This document shows positions 21,686-31,208 of a stretch of 32,679 bases of DNA, in pieces. The notes below the pieces were generated by a model, which was given only the letters and a program-made list of their open reading frames with translations, searched no databases and had not been told where the DNA came from. The position numbers and the translations under genes were made by a program. Every line of letters starts with the position of its first letter. Position 1 is the stretch's first letter. The stretch comes from an uncultured Chloroflexia bacterium (GTDB lineage Bacteria > Chloroflexota > UBA6077 > JACCZL01), in the NCBI GenBank assembly GCA_963765765.1, contig CAVXYC010000022.1, forward strand, positions 1-32,679. The letters run 5' to 3'.

Positions 21686-23488
21686 CCACCTTCTCCCGAG
21701 CCCGCTGTGGCGGTGATGGAGCAGCGGGAAATCTCTGGAGTTCGGACCAGCGGCACTCTTCGCACAAGGGCGTATTCAGCGCGCGTAGTCTGAATCCGTT
21801 TCCGACGGGGTCGATGGCTGCCCTGGGTACTCCTCGCGATTATTCGCCGTGCTGGTGCTGTACCCATTGGGGATGGTGGTCTACAGCAGCTTTCGCAACA
21901 TCGCCGCCAGGATCGGCGGGTACTCTCACACTGGAGCCGTGGCTCCGAACCTGTCCAATCCGGACAGCCTCAGCGCGCTTTTGACCACGTTCCGGATAGT
22001 CCTTCCGAAGGTGGCACTGGCAATGGCGGTGGCCACGCTCTTCGGCTGGATACTGGCGCGAACCAATACGCCCGCCAGGCCCGTACTTATTGGCCTTGCT
22101 GGCGTTCATGTTCTTTGTTCCCAATCTCCCGTGGGTCCTGGCGTGGATCCACCTCATCTCGCCGCGGACAGGTCTGCTGAATCAGCTGCTCGGGCCGGTA
22201 TTGCCGGGCGGCTTTCGATTCAACGCGTATTCCTATGAGGCACTGGTGATTCTGGGCGCGATGCATGCCGTGCCGATCCTTTTCCTGTTGATCTACCCGG
22301 CATTTCGAAACATGGACGCCACATTGGAAGAATCATCGCTCGCCTCTGGAGCGACACGCTGGCAGACAACCCTGCGCGTGACCTTGCCACTGCTGACGCC
22401 CGCGCTCCTGGCCACGGCTGCTCTCTCGACCATGGTGGGGATGGAGTCATTTGAGACCGAGCAGCTCCTCGGCGTGCCGGCCGGGATCTTTGTATTCACA
22501 ACGCGGATTTATGACTTCCTGTACAACCAACAATCGTCTGAATTTGGACCAGCTTCAGCACTGTCCATGGTGCTCGTTGCATTGACGCTGCTTCTCGTGA
22601 TCCTGCAGCGGACGAATCCTCGCTGGGCGCTCCTATACCAGCGTCACGGGACGGGGCTATCAGCCGAACCCAACCGATCTCGGTCCATGGCGGTGGCTGA
22701 CGTTCAGCCTCGTGGTGGGGTACTTCATCGTTTTTGGCGTAGCGCCAATTGTCGTGCTCCTGCTCACTTCCTTCATGCAGGTGAGTGGGTTCTTCACCCC
22801 CGAGCTTCTGACTACGCGCGTGTGGACCAAGGTTCTGTCGTCGACGACCCTCACGTCATCCATCCAGAACACGGTGCTCATCGGCGTTTCCGCGGCGACG
22901 TTCGGCGTCGTCATCGCCGCGCTGGCGTCGTACTTGATCACGCGTTTTCGGTGGGGAGGTCGACCGGCGATGGATACGCTGGTCTGGCTCCCCATCGCCG
23001 TCCCAGGTCTCGTGCTTGCACTCGGGTTCCTGTGGGCGTATGTGGGACTTCCAATCTACGGAACCATCTGGATCCTGGTGCTCGCATACATAGTCCGGGG
23101 ATTACCCACGAGCAGTCGCTTCTTCACTTCCACGATGGTGCAGATCAGCGCCGAGCTCGAGGAGGCGTCCCGCGTCCACGGAGCAACGTGGCTTCAGACC
23201 TTTCTCCGAGTTTGGCTGCCGCTCCTGAGACCCGCGTTGGTGGGCGCATGGATATTCTTGTTTGTCATTGCCGTTCGGTCGCTGGATGCGGCTCTGCTTC
23301 TGACTGGACCAAGCACCGAGGTGCTGTCTGTCTCGATTTTCCAGCAGGCCTCGCGTGGCGATGGCTCCGCCGCGTCAGCGCTGGCAATCATCCAGACAGG
23401 GATCATCTCAATCGCCTATCTTCTCGTTCGACCACTCCTCCGTCGTCCGGGGTCGGATGATCAGTCGACGCGGCCGACAGTGTCATGA
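21682..23488 (+). CDS. FbpB/ThiP-type fused ABC permease (several frameshifts)
   Basis: GTG overlaps the upstream stop. GWILARTN, MDATLEESSLASGA, QISAELEEASRVHGA. Paralogue of 13566..15332. Confidence 0.8.
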
Positions 23489-23619
23489 TTCACAGACCGG
23501 CCACTCGCTACTGCCGCCCTGAGGTACTGCGTTCGCACTCACGTGAGAGATCTCTGTCGCAGGAATGTCACGCGCGCAAGCCTGTGAGCACGCTGTTCCC
23601 TAATTGAGGAGGTGAGGAA

Positions 23620-25376
23620 ATGACGGCTTCTACGTCGAACCGATTCGGGTCCGATCTGATTGTGGACCTGATGAATCAGTACGAGCTCCCCTGGATCGCC
23701 TTGAATCCGGGAGCCTCGTATCGGGGGCTGCACGACTCCCTGGTGAACTATGGTGACAATCGCCCCGAGATCATCCTCTGTCCGCACGAAGAGATCGCAG
23801 TGTTCGTGGCGCTGGGATACGCGAAGGCGACCGGCAGGCCGATGATTGCGGCGGTTCACGACACTGTTGGCCTCCTACACTGTGCGCAGGCCGTCTACCA
23901 CGCCTATCTCGACCGCGTGCCACTTCTGCTGGTGGGCGGCACGGGCCCGCTAGATCCGGCCAAGCGCCGTCCCGGAGCGGATTGGATTCATACGGCCATC
24001 CCTCAGGCGCAACCGCTCCATGACTTCCTCAAGTGGGACCGGACGCCGCTCACAGCCCAGGAGGTGGTTGATTCGTTCGCGCGGGCATATCGAATCATGC
24101 TCCAGGAGCCACAAGGGCCGGTGTATCTCTGCTACGACGCTGGGTTCCAGGAGGAGCCGCTCGAGGAAGTGGTTGAGCTGCCAGACCCGGAGAATTCAGC
24201 CCTGGGACGCGCATGCAGGCTGATCTGACCGCGCTGGACGAGCTGGCCGACCGACTCCTGCAAGCCGAGCACCCCGTACTGATCGCAGGATACGCGGGAC
24301 GCAACCCGACTGCATTTCATGAGCTCGTGCGCCTCGCCGAAATCACCGGCGCAGCCGTGATGGACGAATACGACCGTCTGAACTTCCCTTCGCGGCACCC
24401 GCTCAACATCACCGGCACGGAGACCTCTACGCTTGCTCAGGCCGATCTCGTGCTCGCGCTTGATGTGAAGAACCTCTACGGTGCAATTACGAAGCACGAC
24501 GAGGACACCGCAAGCAATTCGTACCTTATCCCGTCATCCTGCAGGATTGCCGAGATTGGCTTCCGCGACGTGACGGTCAGCCGATGGTCCGATGAGTTTG
24601 CGCAGATTGTCCCGGTGGACATCCAGATACTCGCCGATACATCACTCGCGTTGCCGGAGCTCAATGCACGCATCATTTCACGGCTCACGTCGAGCTCAGG
24701 AGATCGGAATAGGGTGGCCAATCGAATTCAGGCGATCGGCCAGATTCATCAGGCAGCGCACGATCGGTGGGATCGTCAGGCGCGCGAGAATTGGGATGTC
24801 TCACCAGTTTCGATAAGTCGGTTAGCCCTTGAGCTGTGGGACGCTATCAAGGAAGAGGACTGGGTGCTCACGTCCAATACGCTGCGCAATTGGGCGTTGC
24901 GACTATGGGATTTCGATAAACCGGAGCGTTACCCCGGAACTACGGGAGGCATGGGTACGGGCAGTCAGGCCGGGGTCTCGCTTGGCGTCGCTCTGGCATA
25001 CCGTGGCACCGGCAAGCTCGTGGTGAATGTCCAACCAGATGGAGACCTGATGTTTGACCCGGGCGCACTCTGGGTAGCCGCCCATTCGCGCCTGCCGATG
25101 CTCATTGTGATGCTCAATAATCGATCGTATTACAACGACTGGGATCATCAGATCCGGATTGCTCGACGACGCGGTCGCCCGGAGGAGAACGCCTGGGTGG
25201 GCCAAGACATCAACGATCCGGCCCCCGACTTCGCCACCATGGCCCGGTCCATGGGCGTGCACGCGGAAGGTCCGATCGATAAGCCTGATCAAGTGGCAAG
25301 CGCTCTTAGACGAGCAATTGAAGTCGTCAAAGAAGGCCGTCCCGCTCTGGTGGATGTCATCACTCAAGCTCGATAG
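23620..25376 (+). CDS. thiamine diphosphate-dependent enzyme (acetolactate synthase/benzoylformate decarboxylase-like; frameshift near 24205)
   Basis: RBS GAGGAGG, LNPGASYRGLHDS, CPHEEIAV (catalytic Glu), PQGPVY, cofactor motif QPDGDLMF..MLNN, GRPALVDV. Confidence 0.85.
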
Positions 25377-25661
25377 CTCGACCTGCAGAGGAGACGACCG
25401 TTAATCAATCCATCGCAGGCATGAATGGGCGAGTGACGATTACCGACGCGGTAGTCGCCCAGGAATCGTGAAGGCGCTGACGGAGAATACTTAAGTCGCT
25501 CGAGTTACTGGGTCGGCTTGGTTGTATGCGCGCTCAGAAAATGAGGAAGCGGCTTTCCGGCCGCAACGTCCATTTCGCTTACCGATTCAATCGAGGGCGC
25601 ACGCGAATCGCGGAGAGCAACTGAAGCGCTTGATCTGGTAGGTGTTTTTTTTATTCCGCCA

Positions 25662-25849
25662 AATGCCATGCTCGGTCAGCGCCTGGACGATCCCGCTACG
25701 TACTTCGCCGCCATGACTCTACCCATGGGGTGCATGCCGAAGGCCGAATCGATAATGCTGGTCAACTGACGAGCGCACTCAGACGGGCAATGAAGTTTTC
25801 AAAGCAGGCCGCCCCAGTCCTTGTGGATGTCATGACTCAAGCTCGATAG
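25662..25849 (+). pseudogene. decayed 3' remnant of a second ThDP-enzyme gene
   Basis: Translates with indels as NAMLGQRLDDPATYFAAM..HAEGRIDNAGQLTSALRRA..LVDVMTQAR*, versus NAWVGQDINDPAPDFATM..HAEGPIDKPDQVASALRRA..LVDVITQAR* in the intact gene. Confidence 0.75.
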
Positions 25850-25945
25850 CTGAATTTCAAGGGAAACGCCCTTATCTTGGCTGTCTGCGCGAAGACACAA
25901 AGGTCGGCGAGTCGGCACAGACGCCTATTTTCCTTGCCAGCCTAC

Positions 25946-26345
25946 CTATTGAGTCGCGGTTTCTAAGTTTTCGGCGTGTACATCTGCTTTCAGGATGGCG
26001 AACACCTCGGGTTTAAGTGTCTTTGCTTCTTCAATGACCTTCCTGAGCGACTCGGCGGATTTCAAGCCGATATCAAGATTTCGCTTGGTCATCTCAGCCT
26101 GGAACGCTGGGTCGGCCACTGTGTCATTAAATTCCTTCCGGATCGCCGCGACGATGTTGTCGGGAGCGCGGGGGTAGCGCAAAGAGGCGTTCTCCAGAAG
26201 GGAGTTTGTTGTTGCCCTGGAGTAGGACCCGTTGATCGAGTGTGACTTTGACCACGTTGGCTACGTGGCGAGACCAAGGGTTGCGCCCCTGTGCCATGCG
26301 CCCAGCCATATGGTTCGGAGGGTTCTCAAAATAAAACAGCGCCAT
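25946..26345 (-). pseudogene. 5'-truncated remnant of a TctC-like binding-protein gene
   Basis: LFYFE..GRNPW..GERLFALPPR..DTVADPAF..IGLKS aligns with LFYFE..GKYPW..GQRMFALPPR..DTVADPAF..VGLKT of 27581..28823. There is no room for the N-terminal part. Confidence 0.7.
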
Positions 26346-26548
26346 CCACGCTGGACCCGCACCGGGCTAAAAGAGGGGCAGGGGCAATCTTCGAAAACCC
26401 GGACACGCGGCTTCAATGTCTTTTCGGGATTAGGAACTAGATTCTTGATTTTTTAACAAAACCTTCAGTATATGAAGACATTCCTGAGGGGCCAAAGCTT
26501 ATGAACCGTGGGGAGCGTACTCATGGGACGTGGTTCTTCGAATACTCG

Positions 26549-26577
26549 TTGACCACCAATTAGTCGGGTGTTATAAG
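26549..26577 (+). promoter_or_regulatory. sigma70-type promoter of paralogue C2
   Basis: TTGACC, 17 bp, TATAAG with extended -10 TG. Closely resembles the C1 promoter. Confidence 0.65.
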
Positions 26578-26633
26578 ATGGCACGTCCTGGGCCCACTCA
26601 ATAGTCAGGATGTCACAGAGGAGAGTGCCGCTC

Positions 26634-27406
26634 ATGAGTATGCTTGCAAATCCCCGGGGCCGCGTACGGTTGGCGAGCGCGGATTGGATTTCTCCGACCG
26701 GGCATGGCAAACCCGAACCACCCGCACGAGTTCTATCTGATCGTGCCCGAGGGAGTAACCATCAGTATCGCGAGCCTGCATTCGTTCGATGACCCAGCAG
26801 ACGAGTTCCTGAGCGCCACATCAATGAGCCGCCCGGTGAGTCGGATTCCCGACGGAGTAAAGCTACTGGCAAAACAAGGCGTAAACGCGATCGTTCAGGC
26901 CGGCATTCCCCACATCACCGTCCAGGGGTGGGGCTTCGAAGAGAAGCTGCGTTCCCAGATTCGCGAGATCACAGACATTCCGTTCGTTATGGACACGCAA
27001 GCATCAATCGAAGCCATGAAGGCCCTGGGCATGTCACGAGTACTCATGGTGAGCCCGTTCACCGAGCGCAGCAAGTGTGCACGTCAGCAAATATGTCGGC
27101 CACGCCGGAATCGAGATCGTGAGCGCACACCGCGTGTTGGTGGCGGAATACGGCGGCCTTTACGGAATTACGCTCGGGTCGGTGTACCAGGAGGTCAAGA
27201 AGGCGTACAGCAAGGTCGGGGACGTTGATGGCATCTGGCTGCCGGGTGCGGCCATGCCGAGCGTGGCGGTCATCGACCCACTCGAGCGGGATCTCGGACT
27301 TCCCGTGGTGAGCAGCAAACAGGCAATGATCTGGGCGTCCCTCCGCGAGGCACGGGTCAAAGATTCGGTCAGCGGCTACGGTCAACTGTTTGAAGCAGCG
27401 ATCTAG
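26634..27406 (+). CDS. maleate isomerase/AMDase-like protein, paralogue C2 (frameshifts near 26652 and 27070)
   Basis: ATG after GAGGAG. PGAAYGWRARIG, NPNHPHEFY, QAGIPH, WLPGAAMP, VSSKQA. Confidence 0.85.
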
Positions 27407-27488
27407 CGAGACGGACGAATAAGCCTCAAACCCGTCTGAATGCTTTGGGGGGCGTATCCGCAAGCGGTCTCACCCCTTCTAATCGCGC

Positions 27489-27517
27489 TTGACACTGCAG
27501 GGGGGGCGTGCTATGAG
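27489..27517 (+). promoter_or_regulatory. sigma70-type promoter of the tctC-amidohydrolase-cupin unit
   Basis: TTGACA, 17 bp, TATGAG with extended -10 TG. Confidence 0.65.
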
Positions 27518-27580
27518 TCGGACCCGTAAGTGCCGTATACGGTGGATGTGTACCCGGTCGCACACCAGCAGGGGACAAAG

Positions 27581-28823
27581 ATGCTTGAACGTCATCGTCG
27601 CATGATCACACTCGTGGGTACGGTCGTCTTCCTGGCTATGGCCGCATGTGCCGCGTCCGCGTCCCCCGCCCCACCCACAAGTGCGCCGTCGAAGCCGACG
27701 CCGGTGCACCGACGGCGGCAGCCCAATCAGCGCCGGCTAAGCCGGCTAGCCAAAGCAAGGCCCCGGTGGCCAGAAGTCCGCTCCAGCCGCCGCACCCAAG
27801 ACGGCGGAAAATCCGGCCCGCGCCAGCGGTCGACGTGGCCCAGGCCGCCAGTTATTTCGGGGGAAAGACCAGGGTCACGGTGGGCTACGCGCCCGGTGGC
27901 GGCTACGACACCTACGCGCGGATTGTGGCGGTACATATGGGCCGGCACGTCCTCACACGCCGGAAATCGTCGTTACCAACATGCCCGGCGCTGGCTCCCT
28001 GAGCGCCGTGCAGACCGTGATGCGGAAGGCGCCGGGGAACGGCATGGACCTGGTCGTCTTCACCCCAGGGGCTGCTGGTGCAGTCCGCTCTCGGTGAAAA
28101 GCTGCAGGGATTCGATCCCAGCGAGGCCACGTATCTCGGCGCACCCGACTGGGAGATCTCACCGCGCCAGATTTGCGCTCGCACGGACGTCGCCAATTCC
28201 CTGGATGCGTTTTTGAACAGTCCGCGCAAGTTGAAGATCGGTGAGTCGGCGACGCAGAGTGGTACTGGCGCCCTGGATACCTGGATGGAGCTGGCGGGCT
28301 TCCCGGTGCAGGCGGTATTTGGCTACGCGGGCACATCTGAGATCAATGTGGCTCTGGAGCGAGGCAAGCTTGACCTCACCACCCGTTGCACCGACGACGA
28401 TCTGGTGACGTTCCCGCATTGGTTCACCGAAAACGTGGTGACGCCACTTTTCTATTTCGAGAGTCCCGGAGTTCATGAAGGTTGAGGTAGCCAAGGGAAA
28501 GTACCCCTGGTACAAACAGATCTACGACGTCGTGGAGCTGTCGCCCCAGCTCAAGCATGCGCTCGAGCTGAACTCCCGAATAACAACCGGGCAGCGAATG
28601 TTTGCACTGCCACCCCGCACGCCCGAGCTTGCGACCAACACGTTGCGCAAGGCATTCGCAGACACGGTGGCGGATCCAGCGTTCCGCAAAGACATCGCAG
28701 ACCGGAAGTTCGAGGTCGGGACTCAAGACGCCCGAGGACATTCGTGCTGACATCGACGAGCTACAGGGCCTGCCCCCGGACGTACTGAGCCTGCTGAAAC
28801 AGATGTACAAGGTGAAGAGCTAG
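27581..28823 (+). CDS. tctC: tripartite tricarboxylate transporter substrate-binding protein (TctC/Bug family), lipoprotein with Pro/Ala linker (several frameshifts)
   Basis: Lipobox MAAC, YFGGKT..VGYAPGGGYDTYAR, NMPGAGS, GYAGTSEINVALERG, FALPPRTP, LRKAFADTVADPAF. Confidence 0.75.
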
Positions 28824-28839
28824 CACAAGGAGAAAACCT

Positions 28840-29900
28840 GTGGCTGTTGGTACCCTGGCGCAAGGCCCATCGACCGAGACGAAGCTGCTACTGATCTCTG
28901 CGGACTCGCACGTTACTGAAGACCCGAATCTGTGGCAAGAGCGTCTGCCACGGAACTCCGCGAAAGGGCGCCAAGTTTCGTGCCCGCACTGCTGATGAGG
29001 AGGCGACGTTCCACCCAGGCGGCTGGGACGGGCATGAGCGCCTAAAGGAGATGACCCAGGACGGTGTGAGCGCCGAGATTCTCTAGCCGGATCGGGATCG
29101 CGTTTCCTCTCGCTGGTGGACTCTGAAATTCAGGAGACGGGCTGCAGGGTCTACAACGACTGGCTGATGGAGTTCTGCTCGGCCGACCCTACACGGCTCA
29201 TTGGAATCCCGCAGATCTCGCTGTACAACATCGACCATGCAATTGCAGAGTTAGAGCGCTGCAAGCGCGGCGGCATGGTGGGCTCAGCGATCTGGCTTCT
29301 TCCACCGTCCGAGCTGCCGTTCTCATCGCCGCACTACGATCGCTACTGGGCGGCGAGCCAGGAGCTCGACATGCCCGTCACGGTGCACCTGGGCACCGGC
29401 TTCGGGTCCAATGAGAATCGTTCCGCGAGCCGCGGACCCGAGCGCTACCGGCGCAACGTGAACGTGAAGATCATGGACTTCGAGAATGCCCTGTTTGACT
29501 TCGTGTTCTACGGCATCCTGGAAAAATATCCTCGCTTGAAGCTGGTTCTCTCGGAGCCAGAGGTTGGTGGGCGCCGTTTGTCTTGCAAATGTGGGACTAC
29601 CACTATCATCGCTTCCAGCAGAGCGATCCGCTCCCAATAAGCCACCCTCCGAGCTACTATTTTGACCGCCAGGTGTACGTGACCTTTATCAATGACCACG
29701 CGGGCACCCGCCACTTCCCGGAGTGGGGCGTAGACAACTGCATGTGGTCGAGCGACTACCCTCATCATCCAACCAAGTGGCCCCATTCCCGACAGCTGGT
29801 TGAGGAGCAGCTCGCGCATGTACCGACGGACGATCTCAGAAAGATCCTGAGCGAGAACGCGATCAAGGTGTACGGGTTAACGCGGCCGCAGGCCGTCTAA
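28840..29900 (+). CDS. amidohydrolase_2 family protein (copy 3; frameshifts and one in-frame TAG)
   Basis: GTG after AAGGAG. ISADSHVTE, DGVSAEIL*P, YNDWLMEFC, YDRYWAASQELDMPVTVH, WSSDYPH, ILSENAIKVYG. Confidence 0.75.
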
Positions 29901-29933
29901 TTTCGCTGAGCATCACGTAGAAGGAGTAGGCCC

Positions 29934-30382
29934 ATGGCTACCGAGACATTGACCAAAGATGGCGTGTTCAATCTGCGCACGCCGCTGCTGAAACAGGGAC
30001 TGACGACCAATCACCGGGCGAAGACTGATCACCTGATTGTCACGATCAAGGTGTATGCCGATGGCGGTGAGAATCTGTTTCACGCACACACGGCCGACGA
30101 TCACGCGTTTGTGGTCTTATCCGGCCAGGCGACGTTTCACACCATCCAGGACGGCGAAGAGCGAGAGCGCGTGCTGAACAAATACGACGGGATCATGCTG
30201 CCGCAAAACACCGAGTACAAGTTCCAAGCACCGGGTCCGGCGGAAACCTGGTGATGCTGCGCATTGGGGCGCCGATCCCCGGGGAGACGTCAGTCGGTAA
30301 GGACAAGTCGTTCATCCCGGAGCGGATCGAGATCCACGGGCATGTTCTTCCCGGACGACTGCCCCTAGGCCTGCCAATTTGA
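29934..30382 (+). CDS. cupin domain protein (frameshift near 30226; end uncertain, 30368-30382)
   Basis: ATG after AAGGAG. GGENLFHAHTADDHAFVVLSGQATF and GIMLP, then NLVMLRIGA in the next frame. Confidence 0.7.
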
Positions 30383-30487
30383 ATCGCTCGGCGCGGCGCC
30401 ATGCTGCGCTGAGCGAATAGTGCCGATCCGCTGGAGGGGATCCGCCAGGTCTGAAGCCGTAGATTCCGGCGGGGTCCTTTAGCATTC

Positions 30488-30589
30488 GCCGTCGCCTTTC
30501 CGACGGCACGATCAGGCCGCGGTCGCGGTTATCGAAGGTGGCCGAAGGATGCCGGGCCGACTCTCTGGCGGCAGGCGTTTCGCTGCCGC
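30488..30589. terminator. GC-rich hairpins between convergent cupin and tctB genes
   Basis: GCCGTCG-CCTTTC-CGACGGC (30488-30507) and GCGGCAgGCG-TTT-CGCTGCCGC (30568-30589). No clear U-tract. Confidence 0.3.
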
Positions 30590-30592
30590 TTA

Positions 30593-31164
30593 TTAGCGGC
30601 TAATGCCCAGCAACTGGTGAAGGATGGGCGTGTTCCACGTTGTATGCAGAGCGCGGTCGTAAACCCCCAGAATGAGCAGCTCAAAGACGACGGCAGCGGT
30701 TACCGCCCACCACCAGCGGACGCGGCCGAAAAACAGCAAATAGCCAAATACGTAGGTGGGGAGCGCGATGTGGAATCCCACCACCCAGATGCCGACGAAC
30801 AGGAGCAGGATTGAGCCGAGCATTTCAGGGACCGCAGTCTTTGTTCACGCGCACCTACATCGAGGCTGCCAAATCCGATGTCGAGGATCTGGCGCGTCGG
30901 ACGCGTTGCTCGGACGCAAACGGTCAGCAATGTGCAACACAAGTAACACCAAGCCAGCACAGGCCACAACGGTTGGCAGCAATGCCGCGCCGATGGGCCA
31001 CGAGCGAGCATCCACGAGAAAGTAGACGAACACGGCGGCAACCAGTCCCAAGAAGATCATTTCTGCCGCGAGGTTGGCGCTGACTCCTCGGACGGCCCCG
31101 GAGTAGGATTAGGAGCGCTAGTGATCTCGCCATGTGGCGGCACTCCTGTAGCTGCTCCGTCCAT
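30593..31164 (-). CDS. tctB: TctB-like small membrane subunit (about 3 frameshifts)
   Basis: ATG 31164 after AAAGGAG. Hydrophobic segments in ORFs 30845..31060 and 30593..30823 (GFHIALP..W..P). Follows tctA. Confidence 0.6.
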
Positions 31165-31208
31165 TTAGGCTCCTTTCTCGCGAGTAACCCCAAGTAATGT
31201 CAAGTGGA

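Noticed and set aside
15418-27434. CTCAAACCCG upstream of two promoters (15418-15427 and 27425-27434)
   Set aside because: Only two non-palindromic occurrences at different distances, and not seen at the other promoters.
29084-29086. In-frame TAG in amidohydrolase 3 as possible pyrrolysine or readthrough
   Set aside because: It falls where Tyr (ILYP) is expected, one base from TAC/TAT, in an error-rich stretch, and no pyl genes are present.
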